This document shows, in pieces, positions 23,671-37,183 of a stretch of 64,000 bases of DNA. A program made the position numbers and the translations under genes. Source of the DNA: Dicyema japonicum. Its lineage: Eukaryota > Animalia > Dicyemida. The notes under the pieces were generated by a model that was given only the letters and a program-made list of their open reading frames with translations, did no database searches and was not told where the DNA came from. The stretch's first letter is position 1, and every line of letters starts with the position of its first letter. The stretch spans positions 107,604 through 171,603 of the forward strand of contig RDEW01000073.1 of the NCBI GenBank assembly GCA_011109175.1, read 5' to 3'.

Positions 23671-25550
23671 ATGAAGAGCCATCTGCCTCGAGTCTCCATC
23701 AGAAACCGTTCTCGAACAAAGAAAAACAGTGCATTATCCTTTAGTGACGTCGCCACGAAGGCTATTGCTAACCAAAAATTCGATAAACTGGGGGATTACA
23801 AAAAACATGGCATTATTAAGGAGAGATATGACGAAAAGAGCATGATTCAAGATCTAAACTGTGAATTAGCTAGACTCATCGAAACAAGATGTTACAGAGA
23901 GGCTGAATATCTCCAATTACAGAACGAGTTTGACATTCTTCAAGAATATATCAACCTTGAAGCTCAAAATGTTAAACTTATGTACGAAAATGAGATCAGC
24001 GAAATCAACGAATTGCTCTCCTCCTCTAAAGAAGAGCACCTTAGGAAAGAAAAACAAATAAAATTCGACGAAAACTGCTGTTGTGAATTGGAGGACCAGT
24101 AAATAGATTTATAATGGTAGACTGAACACCCTGAACGAAGAAATTGAGAAAAAAAGTGAGATAATATACGCCCAGACTAAGAAAAACAGTGATCTGGAAT
24201 CTAAAATAAATTTTTTAAACCAAAAAATGGAATTAATCGACGAAGAAACAAAATTTGACAAATCTCATATCGCCAACATCAAGAAGACTCTTTCATCGCT
24301 TAAAGATGTAAAAAATCTGATTACTTAGATTTTGATGAGGGAAGAAATCAAGAAAATGAATTACCAAGACCAACATGATAAACTGAAAGGAGAGCTCGAC
24401 TATTTGCTGGCGACTCACGAAAATGTACTTAAAAAGATGACGCCTAGAGAATTAATGAATTCAAAGAAAAAATAAACGTGTCTACCGGAGATCAAAGAGA
24501 CTGGTGGAGGGCGAATTTTATAAGGCCATTCGGGAAATTCAGAGGAATTTTGATATGAAACAGCTTGGAATCACACAGGAAATAACCAACAAATACAATG
24601 CTAAGGTTTGTGAGTTTATATTTCGCAGATTAGCGACATTGAATCAGCGATTATTGCCTGTGAATACGAGACTTCCAGCATGTTAGACGAATACAACAAA
24701 ACCAGATACTCTGAGTCAGACTTGACGGCCGAGCTGAACGAAACGAGAAAATGGTAAGCTTTTCGGTGATTCTAAGAACGATATCCTAAATTACCAAATA
24801 GTGGAGGCTAAGAGAGATTTAGAGGTCGCCAAACGTGAAAATTACAATCTCATAAATGACAAAAATGAGGAAATTTCGGATCTTCGAAAGGCAATGGAAG
24901 ACATCATCCGTCAGCTCACGGACTTGAACGACAACAATATATCGATTCAGAATGAAATTTCAGATTATAAGAAATTATTGGAACCTGAATAGTTGAAATA
25001 GTTTAACAATTTCAGCGATTCTCGGAAAAATTTGCATTCCAAAAGCATGAATCCTATCAAACCACCGGACCACCAGGAGCTACCGGAGAGGTTTGCTTAT
25101 TTAAATTGACCTACCAGTCATCAAACGATAAGTGACTCTGATTCAAGTTTTGGTTTGCTAAGTTTTAAGTGAAGTTCAAATTCGCCTCTACCCCCAAAAT
25201 TTTGATTTCCAAAAGTTCAGAGAGTGGCTATGTCCAATTGGAAAACATTGGGGAGGTATTAAGCACTCTTATCCAAAGGATGTCAACTTTAGAATGTGGA
25301 AGTACGTGGAGAACATTGACGACAAATACTTCTATGAGCACACATTCGGAGATATTTTAGTGAAATCGGGATCCCAGCTTAAAATCTCACTAAGCAAAGA
25401 AGGTGATGGAGATACTTACTTAACAAACTATGTAAAAAGGAAAATTGAGGACAATTTGATAACAAAACTATTCAACGAGCGCGGGGAGGTATGATCATAT
25501 ATTAATCATAGGAAATGGTGTCCTACATCTATAACGTTATTAAAAACTAA
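23671..25550 (+). CDS. Intermediate filament protein with lamin-tail domain and no CaaX (protostome cytoplasmic-IF type), ~10 mini-introns, one frameshift near 24506
   Basis: Coil 1A EKSMIQDLNCELARLIE, L12 RDWW.GEFYKAIREI, coil-2 end NEISDYKKLLEPE, LTD GYVQLEN...KLFNERGEEM; ends ...YNVIKN*. Introns are 21-27 nt. Confidence 0.9.
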
Positions 25551-25679
25551 TTTAATTAATGTAACAACTAACAACGTCCTTGTTAATTAATATTAATAAA
25601 ATTTAAAAATTTTAATTATTTTGCAAATATAAAAATCATTTAATTTAATAAATTAAATTAAATTTACCAATTTCAGACA

Positions 25680-25985
25680 TCGATAGAATCAGTCCAAATA
25701 ATAAAAACATCAATAGACTCAACCTCGGATGAGGCTGAGACTCTAGAGATGAAGAAGTACGAATGTCTCGGTTGACAGTTCATTTTGAACCAGTAGCCTT
25801 GAAAACGTCAGGAACAGGTCACTGACACTGCTAATGGAATCGGATCGCGCGAAGAGGAAAAATGATAGAAGAAACTAAGGTGGCTCATTAAGCACATTTC
25901 CTTGCAAATCGTCCGGGAAAATGCGTTTAATGAGAGCAGCCAGTTATTGTTAACTGTTTTTGTTAATAAATTTATTAAAAATTAC
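25680..25985 (+). mobile_element. CRE-like 3' fragment
   Basis: KKYECL...FEPVALKTSG-type C-terminal motifs. Confidence 0.6.
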
Positions 25986-28900
25986 TAAACTGGAGTCTTA
26001 GAATGGAAAACTCAGGAAAAGGAACCCGCCTGCATTGAGAAGGTCTGGAAAATCATTTCTAAGGAGAACCTCAAGAATCCTTAAAATGTATTTTTATGTC
26101 AAAGTTTGACCTAAAAAAAGTTAACACATTTATGAAACAATTACAAGATTTAAGGCAAAAGAACACGTAGTGGGCTAAGTATCGTACATTCAATTATATC
26201 AAATCAGCACCACACAGGGAATTAATTTGAAAAAAATAATAAAATCTCGGCGTGTTGTTGGTGTTTTGTTGTATTTTCTGCTTAATCCAGCTTAAGTTTT
26301 ATTAACCAGGGGGTGCAGTTTTTGGATGACTATTTAGTTATTTGAGGATGTGAATCTTTCTTTTTCTTCCCTCTTGAGTGTGCCTTATCACGGAGACAAA
26401 AAGTTATCTTTTCGGAAAGCGGTTGCTGCCAAGCTAATGGATGGAGACGACCGGGCAACAATTAGGACGTTAGGACATTGTTTTCAACCAAAACCGTCTT
26501 CTCAGTCACTCCTGAAGTCATTTCTACTTTGGAGAATAAACAACCTCCCTCTTCATTGGATCTGAGAGAATATTCAATCCCATTGGAATGCCCCCCTCCC
26601 CGTTTGATTTACCGAATCTGATGTAATGGCTGGGATCAAATCCTTCTCACCAGGCTACAGCGGGGGTTTGGATGGTTTACGTTTTGGGCATATCAGAGAC
26701 CTTTCTTCTTCATTTTTAATTTTTGAGGCGGGAGTTCACCTTGTATCATTGTTAACCAAACTCCTGTTTGCATCAGGGAAATATCTTTCCCATCGCCCGT
26801 GAACTCTTTTGTTATTGTTTCCCTTCTCGAAGTCTGGTGGCGGAGTCTGGCCTATTAGTTTTGAAAGTCTATTCCGAAGACTTACTTCAAACCTTCGTGC
26901 TTTGTGTCATCGATGATCTGTCTTCCGAACTGAAGCCTGTTCAACTTGGAGTGGGCGTCCACGGCGAGTGCGAATAGACGATTCATGCCACTTCGTTCCT
27001 TTGTGAACTATTGTAGAGAGGAAAACCCTGAGATTATTGTGAAGCTGGAAATTTCCAACGCCTTCAATTAGGTAGAAGGGACCATCTTCTGGAAACCGTT
27101 TTGAGGAGAGCTCCAGAATTATCCACATTATGAACCTCGCATACGGTACCCCAACCAATCAAATTGGTGATGATCTCATTAAATCATCGACTGGGATCCA
27201 ACAAGGTGATCCTCTTGGTCCGCTTCTTTTTGCTTCGGCAGTTGATGAAGTTGCCCATTCGTGTGTGACGGCCGAGACGATTATGAAAAGTCTAGGAATA
27301 CTTCTCATTCCTAGCAGTTTTAGACTCGAGATTAATGCGAGTAAATCTGAAATTTGTAATCAGGGACTCTCGCGAGATGAATTCTTTAAATCACGATGCA
27401 GGATCATGGCTGTAATTACCAATGCGGAACACCTTATTGTATTGGCTCCCCAATTTCCAAAGAGATTATCCTCATACTCTTAATAAAAAACTTTCGGAGA
27501 TTAGTGGAGCCACCGTTAATCTGCATTATTATAATTATTACCCCAGGATCACGGGTCAAAGAGAAAGAAATAAAAGTTCTCATCTAACTAAGTGATCTCA
27601 GACCGACAAAGGAGAGGACGAGTCCGGCGGGGTCAAGAATCCTGAACAGCTCTTCTCATTGGAGATGACATCGGCTCAAAATTTCTGTATGATAGTAGAT
27701 AATTCGATAGTGTATGGAATAGAGGGCAGCTCGGTAAACTAGCCTCCTTTAAGAGTTTCCGTTGTAGTTCAACTAAAAAGTTTTCAATGGGTTGGATATT
27801 GTGATCTGGTCCAATTAACCTTATTGCAGTCTCCTCGATTGCAGATAATTTCAATGTGGAAGATCGTGACATTTGCATTGCCCATGAAGGACTTGCATAC
27901 GTCATCGTTGGTCGGATAAATTGTTTGTAAATCGTGGCAAGGATCCCAGTTTGATCTCTAAGTGTTTTTGAGAGCACTTTTAAAATTCTCATTTTCTTCA
28001 GAGCAGAAGTTACTATGTTCTCAACATGTCGGATAAAAATGAGTCCCTGATCAAAGGTGACTCCCAAAATCTTCGGTGTTTTGTTATTAGGAATAGCCTC
28101 GTTCTTCATAAAGAGTTTTGGTTCAATACAGAGCTGTCTTTTGTAAGTGGTAAACAGCGTGACAGAGGACTTTGTTGCTGATGTGTCGAGTCTCCGCATC
28201 GAGAGCCATAGTTCCAGCTTGTCAGCATTTGTTGAGTGGACTGAGTCGCTGATTGAATGCTTCTGTTCTTGGAAGCAAGAATGATATCGTCGACATAGGA
28301 AAGGATTAGACAGTTTTCAATACAGGTTTATGGCATGTCGTTTATGTAGAGATTGAAGAGTTGGGGTGATAGTGGGGAGCTTCGAGGGACTCCATTTGGA
28401 AAGTAGCGAGATTTTGATTTGATGTTGTTGCAGAGTACTTGTGCTTGTCTTCTATTTAAGGAGTTTCCAAGCCAAATTTTCAAGTTCGAATGAATGTTGG
28501 TTACAAATATTTTCTTTGTAATAAGTTTCCTAGGGACTGAGTCGAACGCTTTTGTGATGTCCACGGATATAAGGACTGAGTCGAACGCGTTTGTGATGTC
28601 TACGGATATAAGTACTCTCCTCTGATGAGGTAGTTAAATCTTTCCGCAATGAATTATGTGAGGGTTGTGAGGTGTATTGTGGTCGAATGGTTACCCCAGA
28701 ATCTGTGCTCGGTCGAAAGTATTAAGATTGATTCTTGTACTTTTTCGAGAACAAGCCTTTCAAAGATCCTTGAGACCGGACTCAGAATAGATATTGGGCG
28801 GTAGGAAAATGGTTAGGTTTTCGGATAAGTTTGATTAGAGACTTCTTCCATATTTCAGGGATTGCATTTGTGTTAATGGATAGGTTGAAGATATAGGCTA

Positions 28901-29286
28901 ATAGTTCCAGGGCTCGATGGCCTAGGTGCTTCAGTTCACATGTGGTTATGTTGTCTGGTCTTTGGCCTCTGAGTTGTTGGCTTTGGATATGGCTCTGGGA
29001 ACATTCTGGCTAGTAAATAGGATCCGTCATCGGAGCGTTTCGGTTCAATCTTTTTCAGGAATATTTGGTTTTCTTTTGAATAATTCTTGCAGGAGATAGA
29101 CGTACAGTAAAACCTCTCGAATCGCCCACCTCTTGAATCCGCCTTTTTCTCGAATCCGTTGCATTTTTATAAATAATTTTTTTCATTTTCTTATTATTTT
29201 TATTTTTTTAATTTAAAAAAAACTTATACACGAGACATTATCATTTTATTTATAATTCAAAAAACTTATTCACGAGACCATTATCA

Positions 29287-29609
29287 AGCTTGGTGGCATA
29301 GTGGTTAGGTGTCTGGCTAAAGTGACTTAGGTTACGGGTTCGATTCTCGCTGCTGTTCACCTGGTGGAAGGTTCCACGCATCTACGATGCTAAAAGGGTT
29401 TGACAAGTGACGCTGTCATTAGTGGATACTCACTGCGGAACTGGATTGTCTAGAAAGGACCCACACACAAGAAAAAGAAAAAAGAAGTGATGAGCATTCC
29501 TTGGTTCTACGATTAGTTAAAATTAACTGTTCTTTACTTAAATAAAGTGTGTGTCCTGCCTATGCGAGCTATAAATATTATGGCTCGTGAAAAAGCTGTC
29601 ATTATTATT
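29287..29609 (+). mobile_element. Full-length tRNA-derived SINE (copy B)
   Basis: A box TGGCATAGTGG (29294), B box GGTTCGATTC (29337), central domain, RTE-like tail, (ATT)n end. Confidence 0.9.
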
Positions 29610-30110
29610 CTTGTTGGTCCTAATGAAGCGTAATTGTACAAGATTAAAAAATTCTGAAAAGCTCCAAATTATAAAATTTATCGGGCAAAATCCAGGGAAT
29701 TCACTCCCAAGAGTGTCTGAAATCTTTTCCGGAAGATTCAAACGTGTTATTTCAAGACGATCCTTAAATGACCTGAGGAGTATCCACCTTGCTTTCTTCA
29801 GAATTATTTCGGAATCCATATTTGAAGTTATATGAAATCGACGAGGATACCATGTCATGGATTGAACTGATGGAAACCAAAAGAGCAATTCTTAATGACG
29901 CGATTATTCTTACAAAGGCGGAGGGCTTTGCAAAGAAACACCAAATAACTGATTTTAAAGCCACTCGTGGATGACTCGAAAAATTTAAAAGACGAAGTGG
30001 GTTGAAATTGAGGAAACTTTATGGATAATCATTTTCAGAGAATTACTCAAATTCGGAAGTTAATGAGTTTATATTAATATAAGAGAAAATTTTATTGAAG
30101 AAATTAATGA

Positions 30111-30302
30111 CGAGAGGGTTTGACGAGTGACGCCGCCATCAGTGGATACTCACTGGGGACTGGATTGTCTAGAAAGGACCCAAACACAAGAAAAAGAAGT
30201 GAAGATCATTCCTTGGTTCTTTCTTTACTTAAATAAAGTGTGTGTCCTGCCTATGCGGAGCTATAAATACTATGGTTCTCGTGAAAAAGCTTTATTATTA
30301 TT
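30111..30302 (+). mobile_element. 5'-truncated SINE copy C
   Basis: Aligns to copy B; 10-bp TSD AAATTAATGA at 30101 and 30303. Confidence 0.9.
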
Positions 30303-30747
30303 AAATTAATGAGAGTTTTCGCCTGAAGCTTATCAAGGATTCGTGTCAAGGCTGCAAATAAATGATCCAATTCCAGAAGATGAGTTTCTTCTCTATGAGT
30401 ATACAGAGAATGAAGAGATCCTGGAAAATTTGGATAAAATGATAACAAAAAATGCACTAATGATGGAGAACAAAAGAATGAACAAGTCGTTTCAGACTAT
30501 GATGCAGTGAATGTTGTCTATACATTGAGGAAGTACTTTAAACAGAAGGATGAAGTTAACTTATGTCTTCAATGTCCTCGATGATGTTAGTAGAAACATC
30601 AAATTAAATTAAATTTAATTTAATTTAGAAACATCAAAACGAACATTAAAACAAGAATAACTGATTATTTTAAAGGAAATTAATGTTTTCATTCTAAATT
30701 AGTCTTTAAAATTAAAAAAATGCATTTTATTAATTTATAAAAAATTC

Positions 30748-33533
30748 TTCCCCATCCAGACTCTTTATGCCTGGATGGTATACCTCAACTGGAAACTCGA
30801 GATGTTGTTTGTTCCCCTGGATTCTATTGCTTTCTGGAGATATTGAACAAAACCCCGGACCAAAACCCCTTGTTATTATGCAACTCAATGCTAACGGAAT
30901 AAAAACAAAGATTCTGGAGTTACGATCTTTATTAACGAAGCACAAGATTGACATCTGCCTTATCCAGGAGTCAAAACTTTTTACAAAGAGTTCAACCCCA
31001 CTTTTTCCTGGATACATCTCTATCAGAAAAGACCGCATTGGACGTGGTGGCGGCTTACTCACAATTATCAGAAACGGTCTATCCTTCCACGATGTAAGCT
31101 TGCAAGTTAATGATTTAATTCTACACGACAAGACCTACAAGAAATTCGAAATGTGTTACTATGTGGGGATTTCAACGCCAAACATCCGCAATGGCTTAGT
31201 ACTCAGTCGGCAGACAAGAGGGGGAGTCTAATTATCGACTCTCTCGAAAAAATGGTGATTCTGAATCACCCGAATGTGTTCACAAGGACACCTATCCGAA
31301 GAAATGACAACCCAACCTCCCCCGACATATCCATTGCTTCCTCTAGGATTGCCCCGAAGATTTCATGGAACGTCTCCTACGATTTTCATAGTGATCATAA
31401 TCCGATTATATTAAAACTGAGCCGATTCAATAACTCGCGTAGAATTAAAGCAACCTTCAAGGTCTACAAGAAAGCTGACTGGTCGAATTTCAAGCTCTTC
31501 ATTGACAATAACCTAATACACTTTGATCCCACCTCATTTTGCTCCATCGACAAAGCAGTGGACCATCTAAACCATGTAATCCTTCAAGCTGAAAAGTTGT
31601 TTGTACCACGTGCAGTTTATAAATCCTACAAGCCTACTCTGGACTCGGAGACTCGTCTCCTCATCAAACAAAGAAACTCCCTGAAGATGAATCATCTGCA
31701 AACCTCTTCTGATTTGCAAAATATAAAATGCTTAAATCAGAGAATTACAAAGCTCATCAGAGAAAAGAAAGATAGGGCGTGGAAGCGCCTATTATCATCT
31801 ATTGGACATATGAAATCCACGAGTCTTTTATGGAAAACTATTCGTCGAATCAAGCTAAACTTATCAGATGAATCAGAATCTTTTTCTGCTCCAAATACTG
31901 TGCAAGCTAACAACCTAATGAAATATTACGCATCCATAAGCCACAAGGACTTCTCGAAATCCATTCTTGTCACTTTCGGAATTTAGTGCCTAAACCAACT
32001 TCATGGATCAATCTATTTACGCATGCCGAGGTCACACAGGCTATAAGATCGATGAAGAGATTTTTTACGTGTGGACCTGACGGCATTCCGGGAATTTTGT
32101 TAAAACACCTTGGTAATGCTGCAATCAATTCGATTACGTCAATTTTTAATTTGTCTTCTAACATGAACGTCATCCCATGCAAATGAACTCACTTATAATA
32201 CCAATCCTCAAACCAGGAAAACCGAAAACCTTACCTTCTTCCTACCGTCCAATTTCATTAACGTGCGCATTATCGCGCCTAATGGAGAAACTCGTACTCT
32301 GGAAAATTAAACCCCATTTGCCCGACTGCCACTTTCAACATGGTTTCAAATGTGAGCGTTCAACTACGACACATTTGACTTCACTGTCTCAATTTATATC
32401 AGAAGGGTTCAACGTACCGAAACGCCATCTACGGACAATAATGGTTTCCCTGGATATCCAGAAGGCGTTCGATTCTGTCTCGAGAATATTACTCACGAAG
32501 AAGGTTTTTGACACCACCATTCAGACGGATTTGAAAAGATGGATAGCCAATTTTCTCTCTCGGAAGAAGAGGACGTGTCTGTATAGGCCACGCAAGATCG
32601 AGGTCCCGTCTCCTACCAAATGGCGTCCCTCAAGGATCGCCCCTCTCTCCGGCATTATTCAACTTGTTCCTCAACGATTTACCCTGCCCTGGAGGACCAG
32701 ATTCAATGCTTCTCACTTATGCTGACGACCTAATCATCGCTAGCAGGAACAAATACGTGGGTACAGCAAAATCAGAGCTTCAGTCACATATTGACGACCT
32801 GGGAGCCTGGTTGAAGTTGAATCGTCTCTCCGTATCCAGGGACAAATCAACATATACAATCTTCACCACGGACAGAAAAGAAAAACATACACTTGATTTG
32901 AACATTTTTGGAGACTCCTTACCACTACAGACTCGTCCAACTATCCTGGGAGTGACATTTGACCCTTTGATGTCATTTTCTCAACATGTGAAGAACGTTA
33001 TGACAAAGGGTCTCAGGAAACTTAATATATCAAACCGCTCTTGAAGTCCAAACCTTCACAGGAATGCGCCCTCGTCGTGTTCAATCAACTCCTAAAACCG
33101 ACGATTGAGTACGCCTGTGCCTCATGGGCCTATGGAGCTTCGATATCAAATTCACTCAAGATCAATACCCTAATTGGAAAACTAGCACGTCAAACAAATC
33201 TACCCCCCGATCTTTTCCCTCCAATGCTTGACCACGCCGCAATCAAAACTAATGGCTCCGGCTTCATCTGTCTGTGTGGCCAAGAAACAAGTCGTTTCTT
33301 CCATTCAAGGCTGAAGGCTTCAAATACACGAAATTTGGGGAAAAACCCCACTCCTCTTCAAACCCTAATGAAAGATGATCGTCGTTTATTCAGGAAAGCC
33401 GTGGGTACTCTGGAGGAACACAGGAAAAACCTCTCGATCCTGTTGAGGCGTACCGGGATCACTTAATTAGTTGGATTACTCCTTCTTTCTTGGTGTTCCC
33501 TTTTCGGGGTTATTAAATAAATAATAATAAATA
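30748..33533 (+). mobile_element. Ingi/Vingi-like non-LTR element: 2A peptide - APE - RT, no RNase H seen
   Basis: LLLSGDIEQNPGP (30836-30862), QLNANG/DICLIQE/GDFNAKH/SDHNP, YRPISL, QHGF, DIQKAFDSV, YADD; 11-bp TSD ATAAAAAATTC. Confidence 0.9.
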
Positions 33534-35499
33534 ATAAAAAATTCAAATTTGCCTCTCGAATCCGCCGTAATTTCCCAGGTCCCAAATTTGGCGGATTCGA
33601 GAGGTTTTACTGTATAATATTTTATCAGAGTGTCTGGTTTTATGTAGACTTCGACTTTTCTTTTCTGGGGAGGATCCTTTGATGTTCTTGATCCACTTCC
33701 AGACTCCCTGCATTGGAGGTTCTTGCAGAGAGCCTTTGATAGTCTCATCCATCTATTCGCATTTTATTCTCTTGTTGATCTCTCTGTTTTGTTCTCGTAT
33801 TTTTCTGATGTTCACTTCTGTTGGCGATTTCACCATCTTTAGATTATTCCGTTCTCTGATCAAACGTTTCGTCGTTATGTTGAAACGTTTTGATGACGTA
33901 GGTTGCCTCCCCATTGGAATGTACTTCCTTCTCGCAGTGTTAGTTGTGGAGTTGAACCATTTCACTAATTGTTCGACGGAGGGAGGAGTGGGGAAATTTA
34001 TTTATCCGTGACCTCGTTTTGACCTCCAAAAATATTGGATTGTGGTCACTCCTGGTTTCATATTTCACTGACCAGTCAATAAGAGGGGCCAAGGACGGTG
34101 ATGACAGTGAGTCATAGACTGTGGAGGTCCTCAATAATCATCTTTCTCCTTTTGTCATAGGGTTGTCCTGTCAGCCACAGTAAGTCTTCGCATTGAAGTC
34201 ACCACAGATAATCACATCCTTCAGTGATGCGAGAGGAGTCGATCTGGAAAAACAGGAACTCAAAGGTGGGAGATATGTGCTGACCAATATTATTGATAGT
34301 CTTGGGAATCGTACTTTGGTGGCCTCAAGTTCGAGATTTCCATATTAAGCATACTGTAGACACTGTTGGTTATATTCTCAAACGGAATTCCGTTGCGAAT
34401 TACTGTGAGAAGACCCCCACCAAGTTTCCCAATTCTGTCACGGCGAATTACTGTGAATCCCGAAAATACTGATGTTGAATTCTTTGGAGAAAGTTTAGAC
34501 TTTTGAATTAGCAACAGACCGTTAATCTGCATCTGGAGAATTTCAACATTCTTATCTCCCAGACTATTGAGGAAATTTTGAATATTAATTTCGATAAAAT
34601 TGGATTGAAGCAAGCTTTCACCCGAATTCTCAACTGACCAAGAGATAATCCGCGCACGAGAAGCCTGGAATGCCACCAACCTCCCCCTGCCTCCTTCCCA
34701 AGATCGCCAGCGAAACCTGGACAACTTATTATGCTGGAAATCATTTGGACTCCTACTGGAATCTGCCAATCAGCACCGACGCGCTTGTTTGCTTTCGGGG
34801 GCCTTCCCTGAGAGCGGAGCTTGGCTAAACGCCATCCCAATGGAGCTTTGGGCACTTTTCTGGATGATGAATGCGTTAGAACTGGTATCTCTCTGCGGCT
34901 GGGACTAAAAGTATGTGTACCTCACCCGTGCCGATGTGGCATCCTGATAGACTGCTATGGCCTGCACCCTCTCGCCTGCAGGAGGAGCGCTGGCAGATCC
35001 CCAAGGCACAAGGCTCTGAATGAAATTGTCAGGCGAGCTATGGATGCTGCTGGATACTCGGCCATTCTTGAACCGGTCGGGTTATGCAGAAGTGACGGGA
35101 AACGACCGGACGGGATGACCATATTTCCATTTGAGGCCGGGAAACCACTGGTTTGGGATGTGACATGTACAGACACGTTCGCCCAGAAAAATCTTCACGA
35201 GAGTGCTACAAGGGCCTGTTCAGCATCCGTAAAGGCGGAGAAGGCCAAACTCGTTAAATACGTCGACCTTCCCGATGATGTCAAATTTGTTCCCTTGCTA
35301 TGGAGACTTCCGGATCCTACTCCCCTCTACACTCGAGTTTTTCGAACGTCTTGGAAACCGGATCACCTCATGCACTGGAGATCTCCGTGAACGCCGCTGG
35401 CTATTTGAGCGAATTTCGCTCGCAATTTTGAGAGAGAACAGCCACGCAGTGAGGGCGGCAACTACCTGACTTCTATTGTTTAACAAAATCAAAGGAATA

Positions 35500-36720
35500 C
35501 TCAGCAAGCTTTGTACCCGTCAGATTTGGAGGTATCAGCCTAACTTCTGTTGTGGACGTTTCCTTACCATCCTTCATGTCCTCCATCGTGCAACGTTTCT
35601 CATTCGGACCATTCTTCCAGATTTATGCAAGTCGACTCTGGACGACGAAATTGCAGATGGGTGAAGAGCTGGTCTGTGGTTTTCGGAGAAACACTTACTG
35701 AGGAACTGGACCAACATTTTGTACTCATTCGACTCTTATGGAAACGGAAGACTTGCAACCGTAGGGCTTGCATTCTGGAAACCTCTTCCCTCACAGCGGT
35801 GCTTGACTGAACGCGTTCCCATCATCGTCTACTGTTCCTTTCTGGAACAGTACGCCCTCCGGAATGGAATATCTATCAGTCTCGGGATCGACCTATTCAC
35901 TCTCATCATGCAGTTGTGAATCTGTTTTGGACTGTAAAGGACTTCACCTGCTATCTTGTCGTCTCAGCAGGGGCCGGTTCCCAAGCATACAGCCATCAAC
36001 GAGGTTTTGAAGCGCTCTCTTGAGGCGACTATATTCCCGTCGTCTCACAAACATTTCTTTCTGGACTCAGGAGACATTGGAAAACCAAAGTTTTGAAATT
36101 ATGTATCCATCATAAATGACAAAATTTTGTCTGGCACAAATTAGTGTAGTCTACCATTATAATTTTTTATTCTCGAATGTTCTATTAAAAATATTATTTA
36201 AGCCTACACCCTCTTTCCTGCAGGAAGAGTACGGGCAGATTTCCCATACACATGGTTTTGAACGAAGTCGCTAGGCGAGCTTTGGACGCCGTCAGACATT
36301 CCTCCATGCTCGAACCAGTCGGTCTTTCCAGGCGTGACGGAAAACGACCAGATTGGATGACAATCTTCCATTTGAAACCCTTGTCTGGGACGGCACCTGC
36401 AACGACACATTTGCCCTTTTCAACCTACTCCTGAGTGCTTCTGGAGCCTGTTCTGCCGCTGAGAGGGCCGAGAGGTTGAAACTGGCAACGTATACGGTCC
36501 TACCCAATAATTTTTTTGTTCGTTCCGATCGCTGTTGAGACGTATGGTTCCCTTGCACCTGCGACGCTGGAATTCTTGAGTCGTCTAGGGAATCGGATTT
36601 CTACACGATCAAGAGACCCCCCGTGAGGGTTGCTGGTTATTTGAGCGAATATCGCTCACTATCCTGAGAGAAAATAGCCACGCAGTCAGGGCACCCGCTA
36701 TATGACCATTTGCTCACTTT
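35500..36720 (+). mobile_element. Two further tandem CRE-like 3' fragments (35500-36050, 36200-36720)
   Basis: PVRFGGISL, GAC/WLNA.P and DGKRPD motifs; ends in ttatttgagcgaat.tcgct...gagaaaa.agccacgcagt as in the copy at 35400. Confidence 0.75.
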
Positions 36721-37183
36721 TTTCCTTAATAAATTACTTTGATTAGGATGACTTTAATTTGACTAAATATTAGGTCTCGTAGTACGAATCACGCTATAAC
36801 ACGTTCATAAACTACACAAGGGACTTCTAATAACAATTAAGAACTTTAACAGGATTGGGGGTAAGGAAGTGATGTGGACCTAAAGGAAATACTCATCTAT
36901 AACAGGAACTACGTTAATTGGTTTGCGTAATATAGAGGAACTTTATTAGTATATAAGTGGATGTGTTTTAGAACTTGAAATGAGAAACCACAAGGTAGTT
37001 CAAAAGCTAATATATTTTAATTTTATTTTACTCACTTTTAAATCAAAAATCAAATAAATTCGCGCATAAAAGCCGAATTTTTTGAATATAAATATAATTC
37101 TTATTAAAAATTATTAAAATAATTAAAATATTCAAAATTTAAATCACATTGATGTGTAGTTGTACCAACGTTATCGTTACTCG

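Larger units (their letters stand above)
29105..33612 (+). mobile_element. pogo/Tigger transposon carrying two SINEs and a Vingi-like element
   Basis: TIRs CAGTAAAACCTCTCGAATC.CC at both ends with TA duplication; HTH-psq and CENP-B-type HTH (FKATRG.LEKFKRR). Confidence 0.9.
27527..34517 (-). mobile_element. 5'-truncated Ingi/Vingi-like APE-RT element, split by Tigger (own sequence 27527-29104 and 33613-34517)
   Basis: Removing the Tigger restores IKYYTSISCKNY, homologous to MKYYASISHKDF of the inner copy. RT motifs DITKAFDSV and LGVTFD; family 3' UTR at 27527-27620. Confidence 0.87.
26350..35480 (+). mobile_element. CRE-like element split by a nested Vingi-like insertion (own sequence 26350-27526 and 34518-35480)
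   Basis: 5' part has IQQGDPLGPLLF; 3' part has CRCG..HPLAC and GKRPDG..LVWDVTCTDT. A 15-bp TSD ACCGTTAATCTGCAT flanks the insert. Confidence 0.82.

Noticed and set aside
29287-29360. Functional tRNA gene
   Set aside because: A and B boxes are present, but there is no convincing cloverleaf or anticodon arm, and it continues into a repeated SINE body.
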